Position numbers and translations under genes: made by a program. This document shows, in pieces, positions 1 to 12,915 of a DNA stretch of 64,000 nt. The notes beneath the pieces were generated by a model that ran no database searches, was not told the DNA's origin, and was given only the letters and a program-made list of their open reading frames with translations. Each line of letters opens with the position of its first letter. The stretch's first letter is position 1. This DNA comes from Callorhinchus milii (Eukaryota), in contig NW_024704742.1 in assembly GCF_018977255.1 (NCBI RefSeq), positions 21,702,001 through 21,766,000 on the forward strand. The letters run 5' to 3'.

Positions 1-59
1 CAAATCTGGGGAAGTGTTTTAGCATTTGGAGAAGATGAACTAGGTAATGAACTCTATAT

Positions 60-176
60 TTTGTCAGAGGTGCCGTCCTTCGGATGAGACGTTAAACCGA
101 GGTCCCGTCTGCCTGTTCACGTAGACGTTAAAGATCCCATGTTACTACTCGAAAAGAGAAGTGAGTTTCTCCCGGT
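60..176 (+). mobile_element. Deu-domain SINE fragment (SacSINE1/AmnSINE1-like)
   Basis: GCCGTCCTTCGGATGAGACGTTAAACCGAGGTCCC...TTAAAGATCCCATG core; many related copies in the window. Confidence 0.75.
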
Positions 177-1859
177 ATATATTGTATTGATTGTATATTA
201 AACAAATACTCATTATGTGATGGAAGATCACATGTGGGTTCAGTTTGCTAACAAAGCACTCAAATTTCTCTCGCATGGTTTATGATCTTGTTTGAACCTT
301 GTTACATTGCTGCATTGTAATCCAGTGTCATCTGTCCAGTGTCCAATATATTTACTCTATATATAACCAACCATATTAATTTTCAACAGTGCTGTTGCTG
401 TGTAACATAAATATGATTTACAATGTCACGAAGAGTGTTTCTAAAGAAGGCAAACAAAATCAGGAAAATATATATTGATGCCAAATATGGCTTCTGGATT
501 TTTAAGGTTTCATTTGCAACTACAAGGTGATTCAAATGATTTGTTCTTAGACAATTTTACTGACTGTTTCCAAAACAATTTACACTTAACAATCACTGCT
601 CCTGTAATTAGCTGCAAGAAGAGTATGGCAACATTGCAATTCATTATACAAATGTGGCAATTAAAGAAAATACTTTTTAAAAAGTATATACTGTATAAAG
701 CTTTAATATTATTCATTGTACATATAAATAAAAATAGAACAAAATACCGACATTGGTACTTTGGCAATAACTCCCCAGAGAAAATTGGTCATTCACTTCA
801 CGACTGTTTGTGGAACGTTGCTGTGTACAAATTGGCTGCCGCTTTTGTCTAGAAATACACTGTCAAATACATTGTACAGTAAATTCTGTGAAGCCCTTTG
901 AGACATTTTGACGACATAAGGTGCTATATCAAATGCAGAGATTATTATTATTGTTTCAAGAACAGAATAATCAGCGTTGCTGTTGTCCATCAATACAACG
1001 TAATCTGATGGTCTTTGACGCAGCAACATTATTTTGGGCTGCCATCAGCCCCATCTGCAACAATGTTGTATCTTTTTGTGCATCTGCCAAACAGTCTCAA
1101 AAAGTGAGTTTACTGTATTTTGGTAACTTCAAATTAATTTACGAATATTCTAAGAAAATATGAGGGAGGATCACATATAAGCAATTCTGATACACAACAA
1201 AAATGAAGTGTTAATGTAGCCTGACAAGTGTTTGGCAAGATCTTTTTAAAGAAAACTTTTATGAAGTAGTGAATCATCACATCTGTATCTATTGAAAAGA
1301 ATTGGCCACTGTGCTGAGATTTCACAGATTACTCCTATTGAAACAGCTGTGAGTGTGGTTTTCTTTAATGGACTGACCTCACTGAATAATTATGGACATG
1401 CAAAGCTTTAGTTCCAAGGAGTAGCATTCATGTGACAAGCAGAAACATTTCGTGGGTAACTGTACCAATGTAAATATAGACCTATTTAAAATAACATTTT
1501 CTCAAAAATACCTTATAAGTTTTATGCAAACCTTTATCTGGTGACTCACATTTTTTTTAAAACAAGGTACACTATATATATAAATATATATTCAGTCTTG
1601 TCCATTAGTAAAAAATTACCTTGTAATTAATCAATGCTAAAATAAACTTTTGGTCAATACAGGATTCAGTATTTTAGCTTATAGAAAGGTAAACTTTTTG
1701 AAAGGAAATGAGAGAATCTCTAAGCATGTACTTAGATCTTATCTGAAAGTTTTTTTAAAAAGTGTTTTTTGGAAAGGGTTTTGTGTAATCCATCGCCAAA
1801 TGGTAATGTTTTGCATTGAATGGAGGTAATGTTTGAAATCCTTTCATTTGTCTCTACAG

Positions 1860-1941
1860 GTGAGGTCTACATATTGGCGAGCATTAAGAGCAGGACTCAA
1901 TCACCCAGTGGGAAGCTCTACAAACTGATTGACCCCAAAAG
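1860..1941 (+). CDS. HHIP: Hedgehog-interacting protein, internal exon (end of beta-propeller)
   Basis: Acceptor ctacag|, donor AG|gtacag. Encodes (G)EVYILASIKSRTQSPSGKLYKLIDPK(R), matching human HHIP GEVYILSSSKSMTQTHNGKLYKIVDPKR. Phase 1 to phase 2. Confidence 0.95.
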
Positions 1942-4017
1942 GTACAGCCGTAGCAAAATGCTCAGGGAGCGCATAGTTGTTCGCTTTAGGCAACACATGG
2001 TATCAATCTGCGTCATTATGTCTGCTTGGCAGCTGATATAAAGAGCGAGTGAAAACAATACAGACAGCACCATCAAACGCGTCAGTCACGATGGTAAAAA
2101 GATCATCTCGCATGTGTATTCAGTTAGCAGCTCTACAATAGGCCCAGGTACTCCAGATGTTGTGGTACATGAATCAAGTTAGTTAGGCCCAGGAATGTGA
2201 AAGTGACAGGTAAACTGTGATCTTTGGTGATTAAGAAATCATTTTTCAATCTTAAAAGGTACATTTATGAAACACCAACATTGTGAGGGCTATTCTCTGC
2301 TTATCAGGAAATTTACTGACTCCAGAATAAGAGTGTGTTGCAAAATTGGGAACTTTACTGGCAAGGAAATATCTTTATTTTTTATTAAAGAAGCCATCAA
2401 AAATACATCATCTTAGTCAGTTATCTTTGCCATTGGGAGAAATTAATATAGCAATTTAGAACGTCCAAACTTGGCAAATTCTTAAATAAGGCCTTCATTT
2501 TAAAGCTTATTTTTTTGTAAGAAATACAGAATACCTACGTAAAAGTTAAGTCTGAATTCAACAATTTGCCAATTTCTGGATCTCTAAAATGCTATGTTAA
2601 TAGAGTCAATCTATTAAACCAGGTAGAATTTCATCCCGAGGATTTATTACATATGTATTAATGATAGCTGAAATCAGTCTCTGTTTTCATAACTTTAGTT
2701 CATAATGTTCAATCATGTTACCAGTTAACAGCTCTTGTCTCACCAGTCATTCAAACTACACTGAATTCAGGGTCAGTGATAATTCTGGCGACTCCTTAAA
2801 ACTATATTCAGGCCCTCAGTAATTTTCATGCTGCCATACACAATGTGGGCAATGGCATTCCCGGCAGTAAGGCTACTTTGGTGGTATGAATGCTTATGTC
2901 ATCTCATTTTAGAAATCTGAGGAGGTATTGTCTCCCTCTCAACTGCGGTAGTTACTACACTTCTGCAGTTTAAAAAGGGTTTTTTTAAGGGGAGAGTCTC
3001 TTTGGCTATTACATTCAACTTTCTCCTTTTACACCAATTTGCCACCCTTAATTCATTTATGACAATTCTATATGGAATTTTAGAAACTTTTGCTGACTTT
3101 ATACTTCCCTAATCCAAGCCTCCTTGTGTGGTTCTGAGGTAGAAAGAGGAGACTTTGTGCCAACAATGATCTTTATGCTTGATGACAAGAATAAACAATT
3201 CAGTTTCAAAAGAAATTTGGCTTTCACTCCCTTTTCCACCTTTTCCCACCACCAACATGCGTCACATTAACTGGCAAATGTGTTTACTGCTCTTGAGGTA
3301 GTAAATTTGAACAACGTCAAGCAACATCTTTAGATTTTCATTTACCCATTGGCATTGCATTAAGATTCGATGTATTAGAAGATGCATTGTTGACAGTCAG
3401 ATGGCGATGTACTTAATTAACACTGCTTATTACCTAAATACATCAACAGCTAATTCTCTGAAAATTGTAACTTTTTTTCTCCCCCTCCAATATTTTGCAA
3501 ATTTGGCAGTGAATCTCACAATTTCAGTCCAAAACCAGAAGTCGCTGCAGTATTGGTGCAGCAATTTCCAATTTGCCTGAGAAGGTAAACTCCACAGCTC
3601 ACTGAAATCGGGGACTTGTTCTTTTAGGACTAGCTGTGTTGAGTTGGGCGTCTTGTGCAACGTGTGTGGCCAATAACGGCAAATGACAAGCGGTTGACTC
3701 ATCTCACATTTATGGGACACACAAGTTATATTCCATGTTTGTGAGATCACAGGCCAACCGAAACTACTTTGCCAAGAGGTTCCAGCAGATGGAATACAAT
3801 CTACTGACAGCTATGTGCTGGCAATCTTTAGCAGCGACACATAGCATTAACCGTAGCAATTCATACCTAATAACTGCACATTCTAATGTTTTCCCCTTCT
3901 TCTGTCCAAAATGTACTACTTCATACTGGGGTTTAGTTCCATGAGTGTCAATTGTCTTCCAGTACCATGTAAAAATGATCTTCCTTTGGTTGTGACTATC
4001 TGCAGACTATTCTGTTA

Positions 4018-4026
4018 TGGGTGGTC
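4018..4026. promoter_or_regulatory. Perfect GLI consensus site (TGGGTGGTC) in an HHIP intron
   Basis: Exact match to the reverse complement of GACCACCCA; function not shown. Confidence 0.35.
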
Positions 4027-6269
4027 CCCCCTCCAATCCTGCCATTCATATACCTTTCCAAGAGGGAACACTACATAGTGTTCAGAAGCAGGGTGTTGAC
4101 TAATGTTTTGCACTCTCCCTAGTCAAGGAGTAGTCAAGGAAGCTGTGGCCAATTGTAGTGCTTCCACCACTAGTAAAGTCAACAAACCTCAGATACAGGC
4201 AATTAGAATGAAGCACCTTCCTGGTGCATATGACTCAAGTCCACACAAGGCAGAAATTGTACCATGAGAACAGATCTGCCACTTAGGGTATTGTGCCACA
4301 AAAAAAGCTTCCTTAGTAGGCATGACCTATCTTTCCTACCAAGTTTTTAAGCATGCAGAAATGACCCTATGACAAGCATAGTGCTGTATTATTATTTTTT
4401 CTGCCTGTTCAGGTGAATGCTGAAAATCCCATGACACTATTGGGGAAAAAAAAGCCATTTCACCCAGTGTCCTGGCCAGATTAAAAACTGGTCATTTTTT
4501 TCTGTTTGCAGGGACATTGCCGTGCATAAATCGGTTGCAGTGTTTGCTTTCACACTCACACACTACACCCAACCGAAAACTCTGTGAAGGACTTTGAGAT
4601 GTGTTGGTGTTAAGGCGCTGAATTAAATGCAAGGATTATTATCATTAATTAAATTTAGGATTATTAATTGATAAATTAGTCAAACAAAAACATGTGAAAG
4701 ATAAAATAAATGTACAGTCCAAATTGAAGGGCTTTGAACACTACGCTTATTCCATTCATAAAGGAAATTAGGTAAAATAAATTCTTAAGTTTGTAATTCA
4801 CAAATTCTGGCGTCTCCTTCACTACTGAAAGATGCAAAATGTTCTACTTAGCAGTACCTTTCCTGAAACATTTCCTCTCCATTGTCCGGATGAAGTGAGG
4901 CAGCCTTTTGCCCAAGAGAATTCTGGTGAAGAAGACGCCCTTCCTTCACCTTTAATGCTGACATGTTGTGACAAGACTATAGGCTGGTACATAGACAAGA
5001 CTGACACATAAGTAATTTGGGACATATGTGCATGCTACCGCCAGGAAGATGGAAGGCAAACTAGACGAACCTTGGTCTTTTTTCATCTAGGATTTCTTAT
5101 AGAAAGTACACAGTGGTACAAATATATAAATCAAATGCCATCATTACTGTCACTTGCAGTGCTGTTTCATTCATTTTTCTTATTGAGCTCTGTTACCTTG
5201 AATGGAGAAGACTGAGACAGATTTGATGGAAGTACTGTATTTAAGATTGTGAAAGGTTTAGAAAAATCTGAATTCCGATAAGCATGTCTGCTGTGTTCAA
5301 AATTCGCAAATAAAGTGCTGTACCTACCTCAAAATTAGGACCACTAAAGAGAGTATGGGAAATACAGGATTTTTTTTGAGTAAAAGGGCAATAGATATGT
5401 GGAACAAGCCAGCAGTACAGATGGAGGAACAAGGCAAACTACAAAAGGTTTTGAAGACAATTTCCTATCAACCAAAAAGGTTATTTAATTTGAAGATAGA
5501 TGCCACACAGGATTCCATATTTTTGGAATTTTCATGGCTAGTTAGGTGGTCTAGTCTCTGAAATTGTTACTTGCTGTATGTTACTACATATTACACTCAA
5601 ATGTAGAAAATGCTCAACTGCAGCCTTATCTACACTGAGGGATACTCTTGACTCCTCCTTTGCCTAGAGATTGAGATTCATTAGATAGTTAAAAATTGTA
5701 AACTCTAATCCTATGACTTACATGCCCCCAAGGGACAGGTGGTAACATCAGCTAAAATCATCAGTGAAGACATCTGTAATGAACTAGAAGTTCCACCTCT
5801 TCCTTGAGGGTCATTTTTGCGGATTTTTTACAGACTCATTGAAATAGTTCTTGGTTCGTACATACTTCAAATTCCCCGAATGACTCCAACTCTGTCAACT
5901 TCCATTTGGGAGTTTCTGACAGGATATTCTGCAATAAGTCAACCTAGCTAACACTAACAACTCTGCTTTCTATCAGTCATTAGACTTTGGAGGTAATTTT
6001 AAAACACAGGCAGAACACAGTGCACACTGTGTACTAGACTGATATTATTGTGAGCTTTTTTTTATTGCAAATTAACACATTTTGACCCTATTCAAAAAAA
6101 GGAGATTTCTCCTGGTGTCCTGACCAACAATCCTCAAGGTAAATTGCTAGTTCACTTCATGGGATTTTGCTGTACGCAAATTGACTGCCACGTTGTCTAC
6201 CAATGCAGTGACTGAATTTAACAGCAATACCCTGAGTTGTTTTGACGTTATAAGCATTATATCAATTCT

Positions 6270-6830
6270 AACGATGATCAAGTTCCATCAGTTTCACCTT
6301 CTGCAGTTTTATGTCGCCAATCCCATTCGTAACTTTCATGTACTAGATTTTTGTTACCTCGGGGTTGATTGGGAAAACCACGGGATAAATCTTGTTGTAA
6401 AGTGGGTAAATGACTCAAGACGCAGAGTGGATCTCCTGCAAGGAATCATGTGTGTGTCATACCAAACCGCAAGAACTCAGTTCCACCCTGGCTTAGAGCC
6501 AGGTTTCTATGGGTCGTCAAGATGAACATGAGGTTTCCTGGAGGAAACACATTTTACACCCTGAAATGCCTTTTCTGAAGCACCATTTATGCTGCTGTTT
6601 TCCATTCAAGTGTTTTTCCAACCACCCAAAGTATCATGTAATTTCTCATACAAATCAGCATGTTTTTTTCAATACAGTGATAGCCAACAGTTATGCACTC
6701 AATTCCTGGTTCATTAATCCTGGTCATGCTCTCAGTCCACAGTTTCTTAATACGGTGTCATTGGTCTGTAATTTCCATCCGACAGTTGGATTTCTGGCCC
6801 TAGTTCTTCACTAGTGTTCCTTGATGGTTT
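6270..6830 (-). pseudogene. Degenerate fragment of an unclassified transposase-like protein
   Basis: Minus frame HVHLDDP...CRRSTLRLESFTHFTTRFIP...GLAT*NCRR resembles the HCIQDP...CARGSTSLESFHLHLNRFIP...GLxRWN motif series I recall from uncharacterised fish TE-like proteins. Confidence 0.5.
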
Positions 6831-7894
6831 GAATAGTAATGCGTATTTGCGTTCAGTAATGAATGCATTCAATAATGAATGCAAATAGCATAAACAGAGG
6901 CCATGACATTTAGCAAGAAATGGAGCCAGCAGAACCAGATTGCTAGGGACAAGAATAGTCAATAAATCACAATCACAACCAGTGGGAAGTCACAGGCCAG
7001 GACGAACAAGAATGTGGGAATGGAGAATTATCCACACAGGAATGTTCACAAGAAAATCCCAGATGGGAGCGCAAATGGTAGTGAAAAATCAAGGTCCGGG
7101 AGTGATCAGTGTGGATCGGCAGCAGGAAACTGTACAACTCACAAGACAACAACAGCAACTTGCATTTATCTTCCCAGAGACTGGAAGTGAGAGCATGTGG
7201 AAAAAGCACAGTAACAAGGACCCTCAGGATGAGGGTGAAAGGTAGTAATAAGAAATGATGGTTGCATATTGGCGAAGAGTGCAATACACAGCTTGAAAGG
7301 TTCATGTTTAACACCCAAAACAAAAACCATCCTGAGGCCTGAAATTCCTCATGGTCTTCAAGCCTTTCACCCTGCTGTCTTAAAATGTAGGATCCTTGCA
7401 GAATTTGGGGAAAATTCTTAAAGTCAACCTCCATTTGTGGTTTTCCACATTTCTTTTTAAGAAACCTGAGATTCAAATTTTAACCTCACAAATACTCACA
7501 AGATTAGGAGAGGTTCTGATGAGGAACGCTCTTTCAGCCATTTTAATCACATGCTTCCAGAATTACAGCTCTACCATGTTCCCAATACAACAACAAGTTG
7601 TGTCTTAAGTAAGTCCAATGTCCTGGTCTCCTCCATCCTTCCTAATAACCATTCCAGCTGTTGATTGTAAGGGAAGCGTCCCGAAGCCTCTGTGATCAAC
7701 CTTAGAGATAGGTTTCAGGTGTTTATGCCTTTTGGTAAATTGGAATGGGAAGATAAACCTGCCTCAAGTTGTGTATCATTACATTCTCTTCTGACCAGTG
7801 AACGAGGCTCGTCTCCATACCTGGCTCGATCACCCCTGACAGCACAGATGATAGCAGAGTTATAGNAAAAAAAGGAATTTGCATTTTTATAACA

Positions 7895-8215
7895 TCCTAC
7901 TAAATTTCCGCCCTTTGGATGAGACATTAAACCAAGGATCCCTCTGCCTGTTCAAAGTGGACGTTCAAGATCCTCTGGCACTATTCAAAAAGTGATGGGA
8001 GTTTCTCTCTTCCAGCGTCCTGGCGGACAATCCCCAACTAAAATTGGTCACTCACTCCATAGCTGTTTGTGGGACATTTGTTGTGCTCAAACTGGATTCC
8101 TCGTTTCACCCACAAAACACACAGTCAAACCACTTTACAGTATATCCTGTGAAGCGCTTTGAGACATCTTGACAACATGATAATGTACTATATCAAATGC
8201 AACGATTATTATTAT
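7895..8215 (+). mobile_element. Deu-domain SINE, 5'-truncated
   Basis: Core CCTTTGGATGAGACATTAAACCAAGG, then GTGAAGCGCTTTGAGAC and an (ATT)n tail. Confidence 0.75.
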
Positions 8216-11200
8216 TACTTTTATGTATAAATCTATGTGTGTATATATATTATATATATATGTATATACATAGGTCGTAAATTTCAACTAGTGCTATGGG
8301 ATTGGTTTAACATCTCTTCCGAAGGACAGCACCTCAAACAATGCAGCTCACTTCCAGCACCCTATTGCAGCATTAGCCTAGACCAGGATGGCCCAACCTT
8401 TTTGCTGCCAAGGGCCAGATTCCCTACAGGGGAAAGGTTTGTGGGCCGCAAAAACAATATTTGTGTTTGCCTTCCAGAAACATAACATAACATTTAACGG
8501 TTAAAGAGCGAGTGGGTAGGCCAGACGAAGTGGGATGTGGGTGGAACCGGATGTGGGACCTGAATCTACAACCTTCTTACTCAAAGGCGAGAGTGCTATC
8601 AGCCAAGCCAGGCTGACATCCAAATGCCAATTACATTTTCAGCTGTCTGATAGAGTTTGATCACCCAACTACAGGTGCACCTTCTTTCCCTCCTAATATT
8701 CTGTCTTCCTTGTCCGAAGACACTCTTATTTCTCCTGCTGGGGTGCAAGGCAATGACCATTATCCAGTACCTTCATGTGTGATCCCAGCCGGTGAGTGTT
8801 GACAGGCTGTGGGGGTGGGGAGCGTCACAGCTGAACCTGCTCCTGTCCTCCCTGAACTTCTACACACATTCCCAGCAGGAATCTGGTGATAACGATCAGG
8901 AGTGGGAAAGCTGACTGATTTTATTTCCACTTCTTGCTCCAGGACTCACAGAGCAATTGAAATCTCTGGGTCTGATAAGGATTGTCTGCTCTGTGCCAGA
9001 CTCCCAACTATTCCAAGCTTTGCAGAAATCTGGCTAAGATTACTACTGGAGGATAACCACAAATTACTAGAGCATAAACTAGATTTCCACATCCTCTTCA
9101 GCAACACAAGAGCCGCACTGAATGCTTTTTAAGCTGTACGAGACCCCACCCGAGGTTAAAGGTGCTATATAGATGCAAGTTGTTGTTTTTGCTACACTCC
9201 AGATGTCTACACAGAATACCAGGCTAATAATAATAATAATACTTGCATTTGATATAGTGTTTCAAAGTGCTTCACAGGATATACTGTAAAGTGAATTGAC
9301 TGTATATTTTGTGAGCGAAGCTGTCTCTAGTACCAGGGCAATCTCTCTCAAGCGTAGTGGAAGCATTATCAGGTAGTTCTCTAACTGTAGCAAACATTTT
9401 GTTGTTACAAGATCTCCCACCATAAACGCAGGACACGGTATTTGCCACAGATAGATAGGAAGCGCGGAATTAAAGATCCCAGTGTCATCAAGTACAAGTG
9501 CAGAATTAACCACCACTCTGGAGCACTATGTAACTAAGGAGCCTATTATGGAAAGACAATTTTCTGTGTGATTTTATTAATAAGGGTATCATAAAAAAGA
9601 CACATATCAGTGATCGTGCTGTATCAAAAAGTGCTGAAATCCATGACTTGAACCTTACATAAAGATGAAAGTATTTTAATCCATGTTTATCATCTGGAGA
9701 AATCTGAACACAGTTTAATTTTATACACATATATTTTAAAAAGCCCTCTTTTGGGACATTGTCTTAAAGAGTTAAAGGCAAAAACCTCTTCAGCTATTTG
9801 GGGAATGACAGTACTACATTTGTCCTGTCTCAGTTGTCAAGCAGTCGAGAGGTTTTCATGGTTCCAAGGGCAAAATCTTTATGTACCAGAACTGGCTCAC
9901 AGTCAGGCTTACAAGGTTTTTAAACTTGTTATCGTGGTACACTACTAACAAATCTTTGCACATTAGATTAAATAGTTCTTTTTTTTTGGTCTGTTTGAGT
10001 TATTTTGCACATCGTATCTGTTACAGTATTTGTATCTGATTTCAAGACACTGGCTCAATTGACCTTGGTTTTGTGTTCATGTTGCCCAAACCACCGGGGT
10101 GGTCTTGAACTGAAATATCTGGAAGGTTACACTGGGACCTCACATCGCATTGAGCTAAGCTTGATGGGTTGTAGTGGTGATGTGATGAATGTAACGTGCT
10201 GTATTGGCTGAATAAAAATGGCTCCTGTATGTTGGCAATTTACAGAGTCTGTTTCCCCAGTGGCTGGCTGGCTGGACTAATCCCAATGGTGTCTGCTTTT
10301 AAACTGTTACTTACGTGTACTCTTCTGACAGTGATGCTTAAAAAACATATTTTAACTTTTATGTAACATTTGCCAGAGCATTTTCCAGCATGAATTAAAA
10401 CAATTCTGTGTATGGAATAACACACTAAAATTAGCACCATGCTGTGTTTAATTAGCCAGTGAGCATAACATCACCACAGATTGCTTATCTCAATTACCCA
10501 GCCACACGCAGAAACCATTCCCTTAAGAGCTTTAATAATAATTTGTGTGCATTTCAACTTTCCAAGCACTTAAACTAACAAAAAGTGAAGGGAATTTTAG
10601 GCAATGGTAGTACATTCCCCATGCCCTCTCCCGCAATAGATCTTGCATTGATAAATTCCCACAGTGACTGTTGACCCAGCTGTTTTGTCAAGTGCTCATG
10701 CAGCAGGTGTTGTTTTCATGACCACCCCGATTGTAATACAAACTGTTTAGTGGTTGTGCTGACCTCTGAGCTATTGCTATCAATACAAACCAGGCTGGGT
10801 ATCGTTTTTCAAACATGTCATAGCTGTTAAGGGCTGTGCGCCATCAGATACCAGTAATAGTCCTATATTAGTTCCAATCACAAAGCTCTATTGCTAAAAG
10901 TCATGCACTAATGCAATATTGTTTTAATTTCCGCTTAACTCGGAAAAAACAACAGAGCCAGCTAATCTAATTTTTTTCAAAAAATCTTTTCCACTGCCTT
11001 ATCTAAACAAAACTGGTGTTAGTGTAATTCTTGAAATTACTCACAATGACTTCCTTCTGCTGATATTGGGCATCCGTTCAATATTTTTTCATTAAATAGG
11101 GGATGATTGATGTGGCTCCCCCAGTTCATGAATTGAGAAGAAATGGACCACAAACCAGTTGATGCAATGATTATTTATTGTACTTTGTAACTCTGCTAAA

Positions 11201-12484
11201 TTTCCACCTGAGTACCGATGCCATATATTTATACATATATTTATAGACAACAGTAATAACAATACTTGCATTTGATATACTATCTTATCATGTTGTCAAA
11301 ACGTCTCAAAGCGCTTCACAAGATATACTGTAAAGTAGTATGACTGTGTATTTTGTGGGCGAAACATGGCAGCCGGTTGTGTCTCACAAAGAGTGAGTGA
11401 CCAATTTTATCTGGCGTTTGATGGCCAGGACACTGTGAGAAACTCCCTTCTCTTTTTGAATAGTGTTATGGGATCTTTAACATCCACCTGAAATACCTCA
11501 AATGCTTGTTATTTTACTCGAGATGAAATCACTTTGAACTTTAGGACGAGGCAACATTGTAGCTCTGTCTGCAAATTCTGTGTGTTGTTTAATCATTTAT
11601 GGGACACAGAATATAATTCAGAGGGGTTACGATTACTTTCTATTCCAAGTTATCAACAGCATTGTCAAAAGAAGGAATATTTGGAGAAATTTGGATAGAT
11701 TGGGCCGGACGAATCCTAGTCTACGACTGCCTGAAACTGCTACAGTGTTCCATCCCAAAGACAAATGTGCTTTTTGAAATATTTGTTTAACGTACGTGGC
11801 TTGCTTCTCTCTCACAGTCATTCATAACTTAGTTAAGTCAAATATATGGTCTAGATTGTGCACAGTGCCAGCATTAAATGCAGTATAGCTTTACTCCCCT
11901 TGCATCTCTCCCACCCCCCTCCCTCACCTGCATGGGCCAGCCCCCGATGCTACCATCTATTGTGTAACATATGTTTCGGATTCATTTTGTGCTCAGCAAG
12001 TTGAGGGGTGTCAACAGTAGGAAACAAAACAGATTTTGTTCCATTTTCAGACTCATATCAAACACTGTTTAGTCCGTTATAGAAGGCACCAGATGTGAAG
12101 CATATATTCTCGCCTCTGCCTCATCAAAACGTCTTAACCTGAATCTCAAATAAGCACCCCAGCTGCACCAGTGTGACATTTTCCTTCCACTAAAGGAAGG
12201 GTTTCTACAACCCTACTGTCCACACCGTCAATTTACTGGCCATTGTGTAAAAAATTGTTTTCACACTCTGAGAAATTGTTCCAGAGTTTTTGCTCTGATA
12301 TGATATGGTAGAATAAAATAATAATCATATTATTTTTCCATTACTAATGCTGGAAACTGGCAGCACTTATACTAGTCATCAATGAAATTACAGTCTTCTT
12401 TAACATTCAAGGCACTTGCCCTTAATTTGCCCTTCCTTTAAAGCAAACAGTTCTACTTTGCAACAATACCGCCAAATCTTAAAA

Positions 12485-12915
12485 AATAATAATATGGTTT
12501 GGTTTAGTGCTTCATTGCATTGGGAGGATGTCCCAAAGCACGTCAGAGGATTTATTGTGAAGTAGAGCGATTGTGTATTTGTAAGTGAATGTGATAGCCC
12601 AATTTCACACATCAGTGTCCCAAAACAGCCATGAAACAAATGACCAATTTTATTTGGGGGATTGTTGGCCAGAACACTGGGAGAAACTCCCTTCTCTTTT
12701 CAAATAGTGCCAATGGATCTTTATGCCATCTAAATAGGTTGATGGGACATCAGTTTCTTTAACATCTCATTCGAAGGACAGCATCTCTGACAATGAAACA
12801 CACCCTCATTGGTGTCAACTTAAACTATGTGGGTTCAAGTTCTGACATGGGGGCTTGTACCCTCAAGCTTCTGTCTCAGCAGCGAAAGTGCTACCAACTT
12901 TAGCCAGGCTGATAC
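12485..12915 (-). mobile_element. Deu-domain SINE, near full length with tRNA-like head
   Basis: Minus strand reads TCAGCCTGGCT..GTTGGTAGCACTTTCGCTGCTGAGACAGAAG head, Deu core, L2-like tail. Confidence 0.75.

Noticed and set aside
7866..7866. Isolated n bases (7866, 25442, 45219, 57415)
   Set aside because: All are next to homopolymer runs, so they reflect sequencing or assembly uncertainty.
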